A stretch of DNA of 64,000 nucleotides, from the NCBI RefSeq assembly GCF_902713615.1, contig NC_052167.1:3534001-3598000 (forward strand), written 5' to 3'. This DNA is from Scyliorhinus canicula (Eukaryota). The notes beneath the pieces are model-generated. The model saw only the letters and a list, made by a program, of their open reading frames with translations, was not told the DNA's origin and ran no database searches. The translations under genes and the position numbers were made by a program. Each line of letters begins with the position of its first letter. The stretch's first letter is position 1. Of the stretch, positions 39,455-52,943 are shown piece after piece.

Positions 39455-42200
39455 CTGGATGAAATTCTCTGCATCGCGACGCAGCAAACGCGGCCTGCGA
39501 TCGGGCGGAGAATCAGGCGGTTTGAGGTCCGTGCCTGGGTGCCATGCTCCGGTCCCTCGCTGGCAATGGCATACAAAACCGGTGTTTGCATTCACTTAAA
39601 TGTGATTAGCGCGTTTGACCCACTCTGCTCCGGGGTCTGACCCACTCTGCTCCGGGGTCCTCCGCGATGCTCCACCCCTCTCAGGCGGAAGTCACCCGGG
39701 CGCGGTTTACTCCAGGTATTTACTCACGGGGACTGGGCGCCATGGCTACTAAGAATGAAATGAAATGAATGAAAATGAAAATCGGTTATTGTCACGAGTA
39801 GTCTTCAATGAAGATACTGTGAAAAGCCCCTAGTCGCCACATTCCGGCGCCTGTCCGGGGAGGCTGGTACGGGAATCGAACCGTGCTGCTGGCCTGCTTG
39901 GTCTGCTTTAAAAGCCAGCGATTTAGCCTGGTGAGCTAAACCAGCCCCTGGTTTAAGGGGGGGGGGGGGGAGAGAGAGAGAGAGAAGGTAAGCAAAGTTT
40001 TAAAAGCTGTTAAAATTAGTGGCGCTTGCTGGGGGTTGGTTGCCAGGCCCAGGGGGAAAGCCGGGAGTGACTTGCTGACAGCTCCGTGGGTTCGGGTATC
40101 CCCCCCCCCTTCGGGATCAGGGTGACCTGGCCCACACCACCATTGCTCCAGGATTTGTTTGGAACACATCCATTTGGTACAAGTTCCAGGCCCCTGGCTG
40201 CTCACCGTGCTGACTGCTCACTGTGTCCTGTGAATGTTCACAGAGCCTGTGTTCATTTGGGAACCCGCCCAGGCTGCCCCTCTGGAAACCCTCAGACCCC
40301 CAGCTGACCCATCACCGGGATGGGCGTGGCCAAGCACAATCAGTGGCCCAGCAGGTGCTGTCACTCCTCAGCTCACTCATCAGGAGCTCAGCCGCCCTGC
40401 AGGGGAATAGCAGAGCTCACCACAAACAAAGGACACATGCACCATGGCCTTTGGCACACCCTCCCTGGCACACTGCCCCTCTTGGCAGAGGCCTTACGAG
40501 TGACAGAATCAGCTAGCCCGCTCCGCAGGGCCACCAGCTGTCTCCAAGCCCTGCCTGCCCACCATGCCCCAGCTCCCATCCATCCTGCCGCTGGGCAGGT
40601 TGTTAACAACCTGTGTGTCACACCCAGGACCCACATCACACTGCAGCTACACTCCCAGCAGGCACACACTTCCCTGCCTCACCCCCACCTATAGGACTTG
40701 CCCACACACAAGCCTCTAAACATGGAGGCAATTGGTGACCCTCTCCGCCTCACAAGCAGGTGCCACGCTGCTGGCAAGAAAACACACGGCCCACCCAATG
40801 AGACCACCCACAGTAAACTCCACTGGAGAGACAGGACAGAGGCTGCAGAGCCTATCGCTGCCACCAGTACCCCTGTTGACACGGACGGGTGGTGAGGATT
40901 GAGGGTCACTGATTCCACTCACTGATGGGGACAGGGGCGAAGTGTGGAAGGCAACATATCGGGGGGAATGGGTGAGGAGCATGTGGAGGGTGGAGCTGAG
41001 ATGCAACTCGGCGTTACTATATAGCCTGTTGGATTCGGATGGGCAAGAGAATACTCACCTTGCTGACATGTATTCTCTTTCCCCCCCTCTGCAGGGAATG
41101 AACCGGAGTAGAGGCAGCAATGCTCGCTGTCCACCTGGCTGAGGCTGCCAATGTGGAGGCTGGAGCAGCAGGTCCTGCTCAGGGAGGACCCCACATAAGA
41201 GGAGCCTGCCCCAGAAGAACAGGGGCCAGTCGGTGAGGCTCATGTGCCGGCCATTCAACAGACCAAAGAGGAGGTGCGAAGGAGGCGCCGCATCAGGGCA
41301 CGTGTTTACCGTCAGCGTCTGTCCTTCCAGGAGTTGCCTGACCGTCTGTGTATCCAAAGATTTTGGCTAACCAGGACGACCGTGCGGCACCTGTGCAGGT
41401 CATGGTGCACATGAGAGATCACAGTCAGGTCCTCGCTCGGCCCCTGGAAAAACCAGCTGAGGGCGTCCAGGAGCAGGTAACCTCCTCCACGCCCCCGCGG
41501 TGCCACCGCGGGGGCGTGGAGGAGGTTACCTGCTCCTGGACGCCCTCAACTGGTTTTTCCAGGGGCCGAGCGAGGACCTGACTGTGATCTCTCAGACATC
41601 AGGTGCATCAGCGATGTGACAGTTGCCCAAGGCAGCAGACTATATACACTTCAGTCACTCCGGAATGCCCGGGTAGCAGGATTTGCCGCCATTGCTGGCA
41701 TGCCCCAGGTCAAAGAGGTGATTAATTGAACACATGCTTCCTTATGAGCACGGTAGCATTGTGGATAGCACAATCGCTTCACAGCTCCAGGGTCCCAGGT
41801 TCGATTCCGGCATGGGTCACTGTCTGTGCGGAGTCTGCACATCCTCCCCGTGTGTGCGTGGGTTTCCTCCGGGTGCTCCGGTTTCCTCCCACAGTCCAAA
41901 GATGTGCAGGTTAGGTGGATTGGCCATGATAAATTGCCCTTAAGTGTCCAAAATTGCCCTTAGTGTTGGGTGGGGTTACTGAGTTATGGGGATAGGGTGG
42001 AGGTGTTGACCTTGGGTAGGGTGCTCTTTCCAAGAGCTGGTGCAGACTCGATGGGCCGAATGGCCTCCTTCTGCCCTGTAAATTCTATGATCTATGATTA
42101 GAAGAGCTTCCATTCCCTCAATGTACAGTTGGTGTGTGACCACCGGCTGCACATCATGCCCGATACGCAGGCAGTGTGCACAATGTGTACATCCTGGCGC
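39455..42200 (+). mobile_element. PIF/Harbinger DNA transposon fossil (HARBI1-like transposase remnants)
   Basis: GFAAIAGMPQVKEVIN*TH (41676-41736) and KSFHSLNVQLVCDHRLHIM (42102-42158) match Harbinger DDE segments. The left boundary is approximate. Confidence 0.75.
41412..41594. repeat. 183-bp near-perfect palindrome (91-bp arms, 1-nt spacer, 1 mismatch)
   Basis: TGAGAGATCACAGTCAGG...CCGCGGTG-C-CACCGCGG...CCTGACTGTGATCTCTCA. Confidence 0.96.
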
Positions 42201-42227
42201 ACTGGATTTGTGTTTATTGTCATGTGT

Positions 42228-43155
42228 ACCGATTTTTACAGATGCACCATAGAAAGCATCCTATCTGGCTGCATCACAGCCTGGTATGGCAACTGCTCGG
42301 CCCAAGACCGCAAGAAACTTCAGAGAGTCGTGAACACAGCCCAGTCCATCACACGAACCTGCCTCCCATCCATTGACTCCATCTACACCTCCCGCTGCCT
42401 GGGGAAAGTGGGCACCAGAATCAAAGACCCCTCCCACTCGGGTTATTCTCTCTTCCATCGGGCAGGACATACAATAGTCTGAGAATTCTTGTGTTCTGCT
42501 GCTTCGGATAACACAGGCTGCAACTTGATGCAGTCTTAACTAAAGGATGCTCCAGACTCTGAAATGAGTTCAACGTGTTTATTGAACTATTAACATAGTT
42601 CTCAAATGAGTTTGACTCTCTGCTAATCTAACTGTAGTAACTCAGTCTAACTGTAACAGCTTACTCTAAGCCATGTGCTGGGGTATGATGCTGCTGATCA
42701 ACCCTGTCTAACTCTCTAGATGTCTGTCTGTGGAAAGAGGCAGGGTGTGAGTGCCTCATCCCTTTTATAGTGTTTATGTCATGCCCCCTTGTGGTGATAC
42801 CACCTCTGAGTGTCCTGACTGCCCATTGGTTGTGTCCTATTCTGAGTGTTCATTGGTTGCATGTTTGCATATCATGACAAGAACACCCACCAACCGATTC
42901 AAAAACAGCTTCTTCCCCGCTGTTACCAAACTCCTGAATGATCCTCTTATGGACTGACTTGATCTCTCCACACATCTTCTCTACTGAGCAGTACTACACT
43001 CCGTATGCTTCACCCGATGCCTGTGTCTATGTAATCACATTGTGTATCTATCCTATGTTTTTCACGTATGGTACGATCTTTCTGGAGTGTACGCAGAGCA
43101 ATGCTTTTCACTGTATCTCAGTACAGGTGACAATAAGTCTAAATCTAAATCTAAA
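42228..43155 (+). mobile_element. Rex1/Babar-like LINE 3' fragment
   Basis: Translates FYRCTIESILSGCITAWYGNCS...KLQRVV and TNRFKNSFFP, followed by an (AAATCT)n tail. Confidence 0.8.
42486..42879. mobile_element. Probable solo LTR (4-bp TSD AGAA) inserted in a Rex1/Babar LINE
   Basis: Interrupts the LINE coding sequence, ends ...CATATCATGACA, and is flanked by AGAA on both sides. Confidence 0.7.
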
Positions 43156-45380
43156 TGATGGGAGCAGAGCGTATTAACCCCAAAGCAAATTAGCTAAATT
43201 TTTAGGGAAAAATATAACGTGGTTCAATATGTGTGTAATTTGAGATCGCAATGTGGTATGTGTCGAGGTTTGAGTAAAACCCCATCTGGCTTGTTGCTAA
43301 ACTTTAGGGAAGGACGTCTGCACTCCCCGGTCTGACTGACATGTGACTCTTAACCACTCTCTGAAATGGCTAGCGAGCCACTCATGTGTGAGCCAGAAGG
43401 AGGGCCACCAGCGCCATCTCAAGGGCAAAGAAGGATGCGCAACAAATGCTGCTCTTTAGTACCGGTGGGAGGGGAGCGGGCTTGTGCAATATGTTACGAT
43501 GGAAGTATTGAAAGTACGTGGATGTTTGCACATTTTTGCCTTTTTTGCTTTCTTTCTGATGATGTCTGTAACTGTTTATAAAGCCAAAAACTACCTCAAT
43601 AAAATTGTTTATTAAAAAAAAACAAATGCTGCTGTTGTCAACGGTGCACACACCCCTGAATGATTAATGACTGTGGACTTATGGTCCTTAAAGCTGTTTA
43701 TCTCATGGGTTCTCCTGGTCACAAGTCTGGATCGGTTGTAAATCGTAACTGGCAGAGGTTGAGCGCTCTGACTATTCCACAATTGGAGCACTGTGTGGCT
43801 CAGACATGGATACAGGCCATGGGTTTTGATCAGTCGGCAGTCCCTGCGCTGTGGAGATAGACACGTCCTCACACATCAGCATGGTTCTGGTTTACAGGCC
43901 TGTCACCTGAAACTCAGTTGAATTTGCTCAGTTGAGTCACTTTGGCATTGTGATGCAGTGCCTTACTGTTGTCAGGTGGTTACAACTGACCGATGAGCAT
44001 TTAGTTACTGTGGACCAACGACGAATGAGGATTTCCCGTCACGTTCTGGGGATCAAGCACAGCCAATGAGCAGCAGCTGGCTGCTATTACCAGGTGCCAA
44101 TGAGCCAATACCGGATAAATCAGTCAGCTGATTGTCCACTTGTCTGCCCATCCAAACCATATTCCCATTGGTACCAAACAAGGAATATTCAGGTGCGTCC
44201 TGTACATAGTAGCAGCCAATAAGATAGCTGGGAAAAAGACACAATCCAGAGACTTGCATCACCAATAGTTGAAAGGTCGCAAAACCTTTGTCAGCCAATA
44301 AGGTTCCTGGAATGCGACATCAGCATTTCGAAAATGATTTATTGGTCAATGAGAATTTGAAACAAGTTTATATGCTAATGTTTATGCATTATGTATTTTA
44401 TGTATTCAATTGGTAGATTATTGGTGGAACTCCAACATGGAGATTCTCTTTCAAAATTGGGCCCTCACAGATCTATAACATTATGACAAAGATTTCCAAA
44501 GTCAGATTGGGAGTTCTTCGTTGGGTGGTTGGAAATTTGAGTGATAGAATGCATTTGTTATCCCATCAGCCCTACTCCAGAGTCTTTTCACATATATACA
44601 ATTAGCCAAATAATTAATGAGGTGCATTTTAGACCATACCTTTCGGCTCGTAGAGGAAAATATCGGGCTAAATTAATCGTCAGTCAGAGCAAACATGTGC
44701 TGCTTTGAATTTAAAAAGAAAATATATACAGAGCTGGAGTCCATTCATATTCAAATGTCAGAGAAACACATAATCATTTTGTAATTACCAGGATCATTTA
44801 GTCATAGGAAGAATAATTATTTTAATGGTGTGTTTTATCTCATTGGGGTTGGTTTAGCTCAGTTGGCTGGACGGCTGGTTCGTGATGCAGAGCAAGGCCA
44901 GCAGCGCGGGTTCGATGCCCGTACCGGCTGAGGTTATTCCTGAAGGCCCCCGTCTTCTCAATCTTGCCCCTCGCCTGAGGTGTGGTGATCCTCAGGTTAA
45001 ATCACCACGAATCAACTCTTCCCCCTCAAAGGGGAAAGCAGCCTATGGTCTTCTGGGGCTCTGGCGACTTTACCGTATATCGGGCAGTATGGTGGTGCAG
45101 TGGTTAGCACTGATGCCTCACGGCGCCGAGGTCCTGGGTTCGATCCTGGCCCCCTGTCCTTGTGGAATTTGCACATTCTCCCGATGTCTACGTCCAACGG
45201 ATGTGCAGGTTAGGTGGATTGACCACACGGGGAGGTGGTGGGATAGTGGTATTGTCACTGGCCTAGTAATCCAGAGACTCAGAGTACTCTGGGGTCCCAG
45301 GTTCAAATCCCACCACTGCAGATGGTGAAATTTGAAGTCAATAAAAAAAATCTTGAATTAAAACGACCATGAAACTATTA

Positions 45381-47140
45381 AAAAGAATGACTAGGGTAAG
45401 AGTAGGGCCAGTCAAGGACAGTGGTGGGAAGTTGTGTGTGGAGGCTGAGGAGATAAGCAAGATACTAAATGAATACTTTTCGTCAGTATTCACTCAGGAA
45501 AAAGATAATGTTGTGGAGGAGAATGCTGAGACCCAGGCTATTAGAATAGATGGCATTGAGGTGCGTAGGGAAGTAGGTGCGTAGGTGCATAGATAAGTCC
45601 CCGGGGCCTGATGGGATTTATCCTAGGATTCTCTGGGAAGCCAGGGAAGAGATTGCTGAGCCTTTGGCTTTGATTTTTATGTCATCATTGGCTACAGGAA
45701 TAGTGCCAGAGGACTGGAGGATAGCAAATGTAGTCCCTTTGTTCAAGAAGGGGAGTAGAGATAACCCCGGTAACTATAGGCCGGTGAGCCTCCCGTCTGT
45801 TGTGGGTAAAGTCTTGGAGAGGATTATAAGAGATGCGATTTATAATCATCTAGATAGGAATAATATGATTAGGGATAGTCAGCATGGTTTTGTGAAGGGT
45901 AGGTCATGCCTCACAAACCTTATCGAGTTCTTTGAGAAGGTGACTGAAACAGGTAGACGAGGGTAGAGTAGTTGATGTGGTGTATATGGATTTCAGTAAA
46001 GCGTTTGATAAGGTTCCCCACGGTCGGCTATTGCAGAAACTACGGAGGCTGGGGATTGAGGGTGATTTAGAGATGTGGATCAGAAATTGGCTAGTTGAAA
46101 GAAGACAGAGGGTGGTGGTTGATGGAAAATGTTCAGAATGGAGTTCAGTTACGAGTGGCGTACCACAAGGATCTGTTCTGGGGCCGTTGCTGTTTGTCAT
46201 TTTTATAAATGACCTAGAGGAGGGCACAGAAGGTTGGGTGAGTAAATTTGCAGACGACACTAAAGTCGGTGGAGTTGTAGACAGTGTGGAAGGATGTTGC
46301 AGGTTACAGAGGGACATAGATAAGCTGCAGAGCTGGGCTGAGAGGTGGCAAATGGAGTTTAATGTAGAGAAGTGTGAGGTGATTCACTTTGGAAAGAATA
46401 ACAGGAATGCAGAATATTTGGCTAATGGTAAAATTCTTGGCAGTGTGGATGAGCAGAGGGATCTCGGTGTCCATGTACATAGATCCCTGAAAGTTGCCAC
46501 CCAGGTTGATAGGGTTGTGAAGAAGGCCTATGGTGTGTTGGCCTTTGGATTGAGTTCCGGAGCCATGAGGTCATGTTGCAGCTGTACAAAACTCTGGTAC
46601 GGCCGCATTTGGAGTATTGCATACAGTTCTGGTCGCCTCATTATAGGAAGGACGTGGAAGCTTTGGAACGGGTGCAGAGGAGATTTACCAGGATGTTGCC
46701 TGGTATGGAGGGAAAATCTTATGAGGAAAGGCTGATGGACTTGAGTTTGTTTTCGTTAGAGAGAAGAAGGTTAAGAGGTGACTTAATAGAGGCATACAAA
46801 ATGATCAGAGGGTTAGATAGGGTGGACAGTGAGAGCCTTCTCCCGCGGATGGAGGTGGCTAGCACGAGGGGACATAGCCTTAAATTGAGAGGTAATAGGT
46901 ATAGGACAGAGGTCAGAGGTAGGTTTTTTACGCAAAGAGTGATGAGGCCGTGGAATGCCCTACCTGCAACAGTAGTGAACTCGCCTACATTGAGGGCATT
47001 TAAAAGTTTATTGGATAAGCATATGGATGATAATGGCATAGTGTAGGTTAGATGGCCTTTAGTTTTTGACTTCCCATGTCGGTGCAACATCGTGGGCCGA
47101 AGGGCCTGTACTGCGCTGTATCGTTCTATGTTCTATGTTC
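45381..47140 (+). mobile_element. 5'-truncated CR1 (HER1-like) LINE with frameshifted reverse transcriptase
   Basis: Motifs KSPGPDGI, NYRPVSL, YMDFSKAFDKVPH, GVPQGSVLGP and FADDTK are present, with a 3' tail GGGCCGAAGGGCCTG...(TTCTATG)n. Confidence 0.95.
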
Positions 47141-50100
47141 TAAATTCGCCCTTAATTGGGAAAAAAAATCGGGTACTCTAAATTTATATGTAATGTTTGG
47201 GAGATATTTAGACCTAGTTTGTTTTTGGCAAGTGTTTGTCAGCTTTTAGTTTCAGTGCAGAAAAACCCTCTCAAATATTTGCCAGCACTGCACCCTGATT
47301 CATTAAAATTCAGGCAGATTGTAAAGCCAGCTAGCTGACTATTCGCTATTGCCCAAATTGTGCTGCCCATCAAACCAAATTTCACCATTTTCATTCATTT
47401 CAACCACTCTGCAATTTGGCAACAGTTTACCCACTGGGCGTACTTTAATCCCAAAAATGGTTTTGGTCTCCTCTCCTTGGCTTAATTTTTAGCTACAGCT
47501 TCATTTGGAAATAAATAGCTCTAGCTTGCCCGAGAAAAGATGTATTCAGCGCCTGTAGTATTTTCCTCATTTTAGTCGGCAACGGGCTGAGAGTGTGCCG
47601 TTTATAAGGGAAGGAAAATTGTGCTGTGCAAAATCGAATCTGGATGTAAACCTAGAAAGAGCAAATAAATGAAAGGTGGGTTCACGTATAAAATACAATT
47701 TTATGGATGTGCCTGAGAGATGACGAATCAAAGACACTCAAGGCACAATGCATGAGTCTCCAAACAATAGATCAATCCTGTTATCTCAAACCACTGCCGA
47801 ATTAATTTAGAAACAAAACGTATTGGAAAGGAATACATTGTTTTGATTGCCACGTCGAGTCAGCGACCCACTGCACAATACATGGAATGCCCTCGATTTT
47901 AATCGGGGCCAAGACTGACAAGAGATAATCAACATCTCCGTTCCATGTAACATAAAACTTCTATGGCAACAGTGGGGGGGGGGGGGGGGGGAAGGTGAGA
48001 TGGTGTTGCATTTAACGCAGCCCTCCTGAGGACTAACTGAGGTTGAACCTTGCCAAGGGGCGTAGCTTGCATGCTGTGAAAGGGGAGAGTGGGTGGAGTT
48101 ACTTGCACCGTGTTACAAGAGACTCAGGCGCATTTGCCAACTTTTGCAGATGGGAGACCCCGGGACAAAGAGGATGGTTGCTGCAGAATGTTGAGATTCA
48201 CCCAGTTACAATGCCAGGCTTTTTCAGACCCACTAAACATCTAAAGAGGAAGGTCCACCCGGTCCCCTCGGGTAAGTGATTCTTGAGATGTTCTTGGCTC
48301 ATTACAGTCTCAGGTAGAAGTTTCGAGTCTTTTATTTTATGGCATGATGCCGCGTCAGTGACATTATTTGTGACTAATTTAGAACTAGGCAACTCCGTCT
48401 TAGAATAAAGGGTCAACAATTTAGGACTGAGATGAGGAGAAATTTCTTCATGCTATAGGTTGTGAACCTTTGGAATTCTCTACCCTGGAAAGCCATTGCG
48501 TGTATTTAAGACTGAGAGCGATAGATCTCGGGGCACTATGGAGATTACAGGATAATAGTGTGCAATGGTGTAGCGGCGAGAGAAGATCAACTATCATTGT
48601 GGAGGCGGCTTGACTTGTCAGACTCAATTTCCGAACCCCACTCCGATTTGCTACGGTCAGCACGGTAGCACAGTGGTTAGCACTGTTGCTTCACAGCGCC
48701 AGGGTCCCGGGTTCGATTCCCGGTTTGGGTCACTGTCTGTGCAGAGTCTGCACGTTCTCCCCGTGTCTGCATAGGTTTCCTCCGGGTGCTCCGGTTTCCT
48801 CCCACAAGTCCCGAAAGACGTGCTGTTAGGCAATTTGGACATTCTGAATTCTCCCTCTGTGTACCCGAACAGGCGCCAGAATGTGGTGACTAGGGGCTTT
48901 TCACACTGATGCACGATCAATCACTACTGAAGTGAGATTGTAGTCCAATTGAAGGCTTTAATGAACAAGTAGTTACCCCAACAACTCCGGTACAGAATGA
49001 CTGCTGTGGGTGAAACACAGGCTCTTATGCTCCACCTGCTGGGCGGAACCAGCAGGCAGGTTCTACCACTCATGCTACATGACGGGCAGCACGGTAGCCT
49101 TGTGGATGGCACAATCGCTTCACAGCTCCAGGGTCCCAGGTTCGATTCCGGCTTGGGTCACTGTCTGTGCGGAGTCTGCACATCCTCCCCGTGTGTGCGT
49201 GGGTTTCCTCCGGGTGCTCCGGTTTCCTCCCACAGTCCAAAAATGTGCGGGTTAGGTGGATTGGCCATGATAACACTAGCTTTCGGAGCACTGCCTGGAA
49301 CATACCACTTCATTCACCTGAGGAAGGAGCAGTGCTCCGAAAGCTAGTGTTTGTAACAAACCTGTTGGACTTTAACCTGGTGTGTAAGACTTCTTTTTTT
49401 TAAAAATAAATTTAGATTACCCAATTATTTTTTCCAATTAAGGGGCAATTTAGAGTGGCCAATCCACCTACTCTGCACATTTTTGGGTTGTGGGGGCGAA
49501 ACCCACGCAGACACGGGGAGAATGTGCAAACTCCACACGGACAGTGACCCAGAGCCGGGATCGAACCTGGGACCTCAGCGCCGTGAGGCGGTTGTGCTAA
49601 CCACTAGGCCACCGTGCTGCCCAGTGTGTAAGACTTCTTACTGTACTCATACTACAGTATAAGGTACACCCCCCTAGGTACCACAATATAGCCTACCACG
49701 CACACTAACTTCATTGCAGTGTTGATGTAAGCCTACTTGTGACAATAAAGATTATTAAAAAAAGAATACAACACTGGGAAGGAGTAATGTTGGCTCAGAA
49801 ATAAAAACAGCAAGTGCTGGAAAACCTCTACTGGTCTGAGGAGACAGAAACAGAGTTAATGTTTCACGTCCAACGTGACCCTTCTTGGAAAGAAATGTTT
49901 CTAACTTCATAAATGTCACCAGGCCGTCTGACAATTTTCCAGAGCTTTCTCTTTTTAGTTCAGATCCCCAGTACTTTGCTTTTATTTCAATGTTTGCTCA
50001 GATCTGAGTTGGGAATCTGAAATGATACAGACATCAGCGGGGCCCGAGAAGGTAAATCCCAAAGAAGTGTCGTTCAACAACAGAAGTAAAGGCTGCAAAC

Positions 50101-50703
50101 TGGCTCACAGCTCCAAGGCCCCAAGCCGGGGGAAACGTTCCCGCCAGTCCCAGTCCAGCCCCGCTTTTATGAGGCGATTTCCATGAGCCCTCGCTGATGG
50201 GCCTCCAGGACTTCCATGGGGCGATTAATTGGCCTGTCCCCGTGGATGCCGGGAGGGTTATTACAACACCAATTACCCCTTTGGCTATTGCCAGTTCCTA
50301 GCCCATTGTAGAGAATTGTTCTGTTGATTTGATCTAATCCAAATGACTTCAGCATATGAGTTATGATTACCACTGATTCTTCCTTGAACACTCTCTGTAT
50401 TTTTCCCTCCAATGCCCAGTTCTGATTTTTATTCCATTGCTCTCATTAGGTTCCCCTTGTCTCCTGTCCTGGCCAATATTCATCCCAAAGTCAACAACAT
50501 TAAAAAAATATCACCTGGCCATTCTATTGCTGAGTGCGGGATCTTGCTGTGTGCAAACAGGCTGCTGCTCTCCTGAAGTGCAAGAGTCACTAAATTTCAA
50601 AAAGTACTTTGACAAAGAGTCATCCAGACTCGAAAAGTTGGCTCCCTTCTCTCTCCACAGATGCTGTTGGACCTGCTGAGATTGATCTGAATTTTCTGTT
50701 TCT

Positions 50704-50878
50704 GGGCTGGAGTCTCCGGTCCCTCAGCTGCGTGTTTCCCGGGAGGTGGGATTTTATCTTCCCAGCGCTTGTCAATGGCATTTCCCGTTGTAACCACCCC
50801 ACGCTGCCGTGAAACCCGGGATGGGGGGGGCGCTCTGCTGGCGGGAAAAGTGAATCCCGACGATCGGAGAATTCCAGC
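50704..50878. mobile_element. Short MITE, probably Harbinger-derived
   Basis: Imperfect TIRs GCTGGAGTCTCCGGTC / GATCGGAGAATTCCAGC. Confidence 0.55.
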
Positions 50879-51119
50879 TTTTGTTTCAAAAGTACTTTAC
50901 CGGCTGTAGAACTCCTTGGGACACCCTGCGGCCGTGATAGGCTGTTTAAAGCTACAAGTGGTTCTTTCTTCAGGAACAGCTTGTTCGAATGAGGTGCCAT
51001 TTTTACTCCAAAGATGTGTAGGCTAGCTGACTATCTCATGTATCCTTCGTGCCAGCTAATGTGTCCCTGTGTGTGGGGAGAATAGAGAATATCCCGTCCC
51101 TCCCCCGCACCGGGGCATA

Positions 51120-51302
51120 GGGGCTGGTTTAGCTCACCGGGCTAAATCGCTGGCTTTGAAAGCAGACCCAGCAGGCCAGCAGCACGGTTCGATTCCCGTA
51201 CCAGCCTCCCCGGACAGGCGCCGGAATGTGGCGACTAGGGGCTTTTCACAGTAACTTCATTTGAAGCCTACTCGTGACAATAAGCAATTTTCATTTCATT
51301 TC
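51120..51302 (+). mobile_element. Second tRNA-SINE family with head GGGGCTGGTTTAGC (others at ~3836-4005 and 39765-39950; longer-bodied variant at 44845-45073 and 56175-56345)
   Basis: Repeated head carrying A and B boxes. The tail is shared with the V-SINE variant at 6123. Confidence 0.75.
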
Positions 51303-52943
51303 ACCGATGTGTCCCCGAGGGTGAGGAGTGAGCTTCACTTGACCTTGATGTGCCTCGAAGGGACAGGAGGAATTCTTCACCTGCACTTGTTGTTGCTAGT
51401 TTAAGAATGCATCCAAACCAAGTAGATTGCATCTGTCAAACTTTCACGTGTAAAAGATATATGAGGAACAGAACTAATATTTATATATTGTCAGATCTCC
51501 CATGGCTAAACTCATGAGATTTAATCATAATCTAATAATCTTTATTATTGTCACAAGTAGGCTTACATTAACACTGCAATGAAGTTACTGTGAAAAGCCC
51601 CTAGTCGCCACATTCCGGCACCTGTTCGGGTACACGGAGGGAGAATTCAGAATGTCCGATTCACGGCACGTCTTTGGACTGTGGGAGGAAATCGGAGCAC
51701 CCACGCAGACATGTGCAGACGCCGCACACAGTGACCCAAGCCGGGTATCGAACCTGGGACCCTGCAGCTGTGAAGAAACAGTGCTAACCAATGTTGCTAT
51801 CGTGCCGCCCCGATTTACTGTTTTACCACAATATATGTACTTCACAAAATACTCTCACCAGGGCCTCTGATTCACAGTCCAGTTCTGCCATATCAGACCA
51901 ACAAAGTGTGATGAAGCAAGTGTTGATGGAAGTGTGTGCTATACACAGAACAGGATATATTACTGGCGAATGTCCAGCCTTGTTGATGGTTAGCTGGGGG
52001 AAGTGGCATATCTTGTGGGTGCTGTAACAGAGGAAGTGCAGCTCTTGATGAAGTCAACGTAACAGTTCTTTTTCCAATATTGGTGTTTACAGCACCACCC
52101 TATGGAGGAAGTAAGAATTGAAGGTGTTAGGATGTTACCAAAGCATATTGGGTTGACATATGCATTCATCAAAACGATTTGAAATTATCTACACAGAAAT
52201 GATAAAATAAATGTTAGCACGGTGGCGCAGTGGATAGCCCTGTTGCCTCACGGTGCCGAGGTCCCAGGTTCGATCCCGGCTCTGGGTCACTGACTTTGTG
52301 GAGTTTGCACATTCTCCCCGTGTCTGCGTGGGTTTCACCCCCACAACCGCAGGGTAGGTGGATTGGCCACGATAGATTGCCCCTTAATTGGAAAAAATGA
52401 ATGGGTACACTAAATTAAAATAAATAAATAAAATAAATGTTGTTTATAGAACATGCTCTGCTTTACAGGCGTCTATAATGTTAACAGTAACAGTAACATA
52501 CTTCAGCTGAGCTTGGTTACTCTCACTAACTCAAGGTTTTCAGAACTTAACCCAAAAACAGTTTATCAATACTGACATAGTTCACTCTCTCTCTCTCCAT
52601 GTCGTGTGGCACAGTGGTTGGCACTGCTGCCTCACAGCAGGGACCCGGGTTCAATTCCAACATTGAGTGACTATCTGTGTGGAGTTTGCACTTTCTCTCT
52701 GTGTCGGCGTGGGTTTCCTCCGGGTACTCCTGTTTCCTCCCACAATGCAGGTTAGGTGAATTGGCCATGCTAAATTGCCCCTTCGTGTCCAGGGGTGTGC
52801 AGGTTAGGTGGGCTTACGGCGATGGGACGGGTGAGTGGACCTGGGTAGGGCGCTCTGTCAGAGGATTGGTGAAGACTCGATGGGCCAAATGGCTGTACTG
52901 TAGGAATTCTATGACTCTATATTTCTTTCAAACACCTGTCACG

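Noticed and set aside
45577-47046. Active or domesticated reverse transcriptase gene
   Set aside because: It is 5'-truncated, frameshifted into several ORFs, and ends in a typical CR1 tail.
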